Origin: Folioceros fuciformis
Lineage: Eukaryota
Length of the DNA: 40,344 nucleotides
NCBI GenBank assembly: GCA_049999805.1
Contig: JBNGIO010004048.1
Location: 1 to 40,344, forward strand
Direction of reading: 5' to 3'
Numbering within the stretch: position 1 is the stretch's first letter; the number at the start of each line of letters is the position of its first letter. Shown here piece by piece: positions 39,751 to 40,344 of this stretch. A program made the translations under genes and the position numbers. A model generated the notes under the pieces. The model was not told where the DNA came from and did not search any database. It saw nothing but the letters and a program-made list of their open reading frames with translations.

Positions 39751-40344
39751 ATGCAGGCAATCTAGGTAGGTGTTATGTGGGAAGAGTTTAGTTGTAGTCG
39801 ACTCTACAGGCTGGGCCACTAGGATAATCAATTTTGTGGGTTGAGGTCATGGTGAGGGTCAAGGCATTCACTGTGTCGCGGTGAGAACGAGGGCATTGTT
39901 GGAATCCTAGGACATCCGAAGGGCTGTCGATGACAGACGAGTGTACCAGTGTTCAGCCATTACTGATAGTGTGTGCCGTGTGTTTGCTGCCCCACAACCT
40001 TGTGACTCTGGTCTATTATTTTGTTCAGTCACGTGTCCTCGCGAGCGCGCTCGTTTGTCGCTGTGGCATATCTCATCGTCTACATCGCACGCGGGCTTTC
40101 CCTGTCACTCCGCCATCAAATTGATGTGGAAATTCCGAAATGGAAACAGGGTCATTCTGAAGCTGCAGTACAGTTGTGTAAACTTCGTCCCCCCTCCACC
40201 CCCCCCGTCTTTACTAGCGTCCAAAGAAACTTGGAATCGCTATGCAAACCCAGAAAATGACGATAGTTGCAAAGACAACAAAGTTCGGGTAGTCATGAAG
40301 GTGGTTCGAACTATGCAACGGAGTGAAGTGGTCATCGTAAGGCA

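Overview
Gene-dense, intron-containing nuclear DNA of a seed-free land plant, most likely a hornwort. That assignment is inferred from the short introns, the tight gene spacing and a GRP-type DYW:KP PPR gene. Genes reconstructed by hand from GT-AG splice sites, in order: exon 1 of a rhomboid-like RBL14 gene (-), Mediator subunit MED14 (+, 7 exons), an HKT/Trk cation transporter (+, 4 exons), ribosomal protein S30 (-, 3 exons), an AT-rich P4-ATPase lipid flippase with a long Ser/Thr/Pro tail (+, about 18 exons), a possible orphan ORF, histone H3.3 (-, 4 exons), a PLS-class PPR protein with no coding introns (+), an LRR receptor kinase (+, 21 exons) and an intronless plastid HSP90 (+). There is also a 92-bp tandem array across an assembly gap, several small repeats and two tRNA relics. 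The most interesting locus is the PPR gene (28837-31635). It ends in a DYW:KP/'GRP' deaminase-like domain, the class linked to U-to-C reverse RNA editing, and carries an N-terminal OSB-type 'PDF' ssDNA-binding motif. It is flanked by a degenerate tRNA-Pro, which may be its spliced 5' leader, and by a 3'-truncated tRNA-Glu. All family calls come from recalled motifs; no database searches were run.
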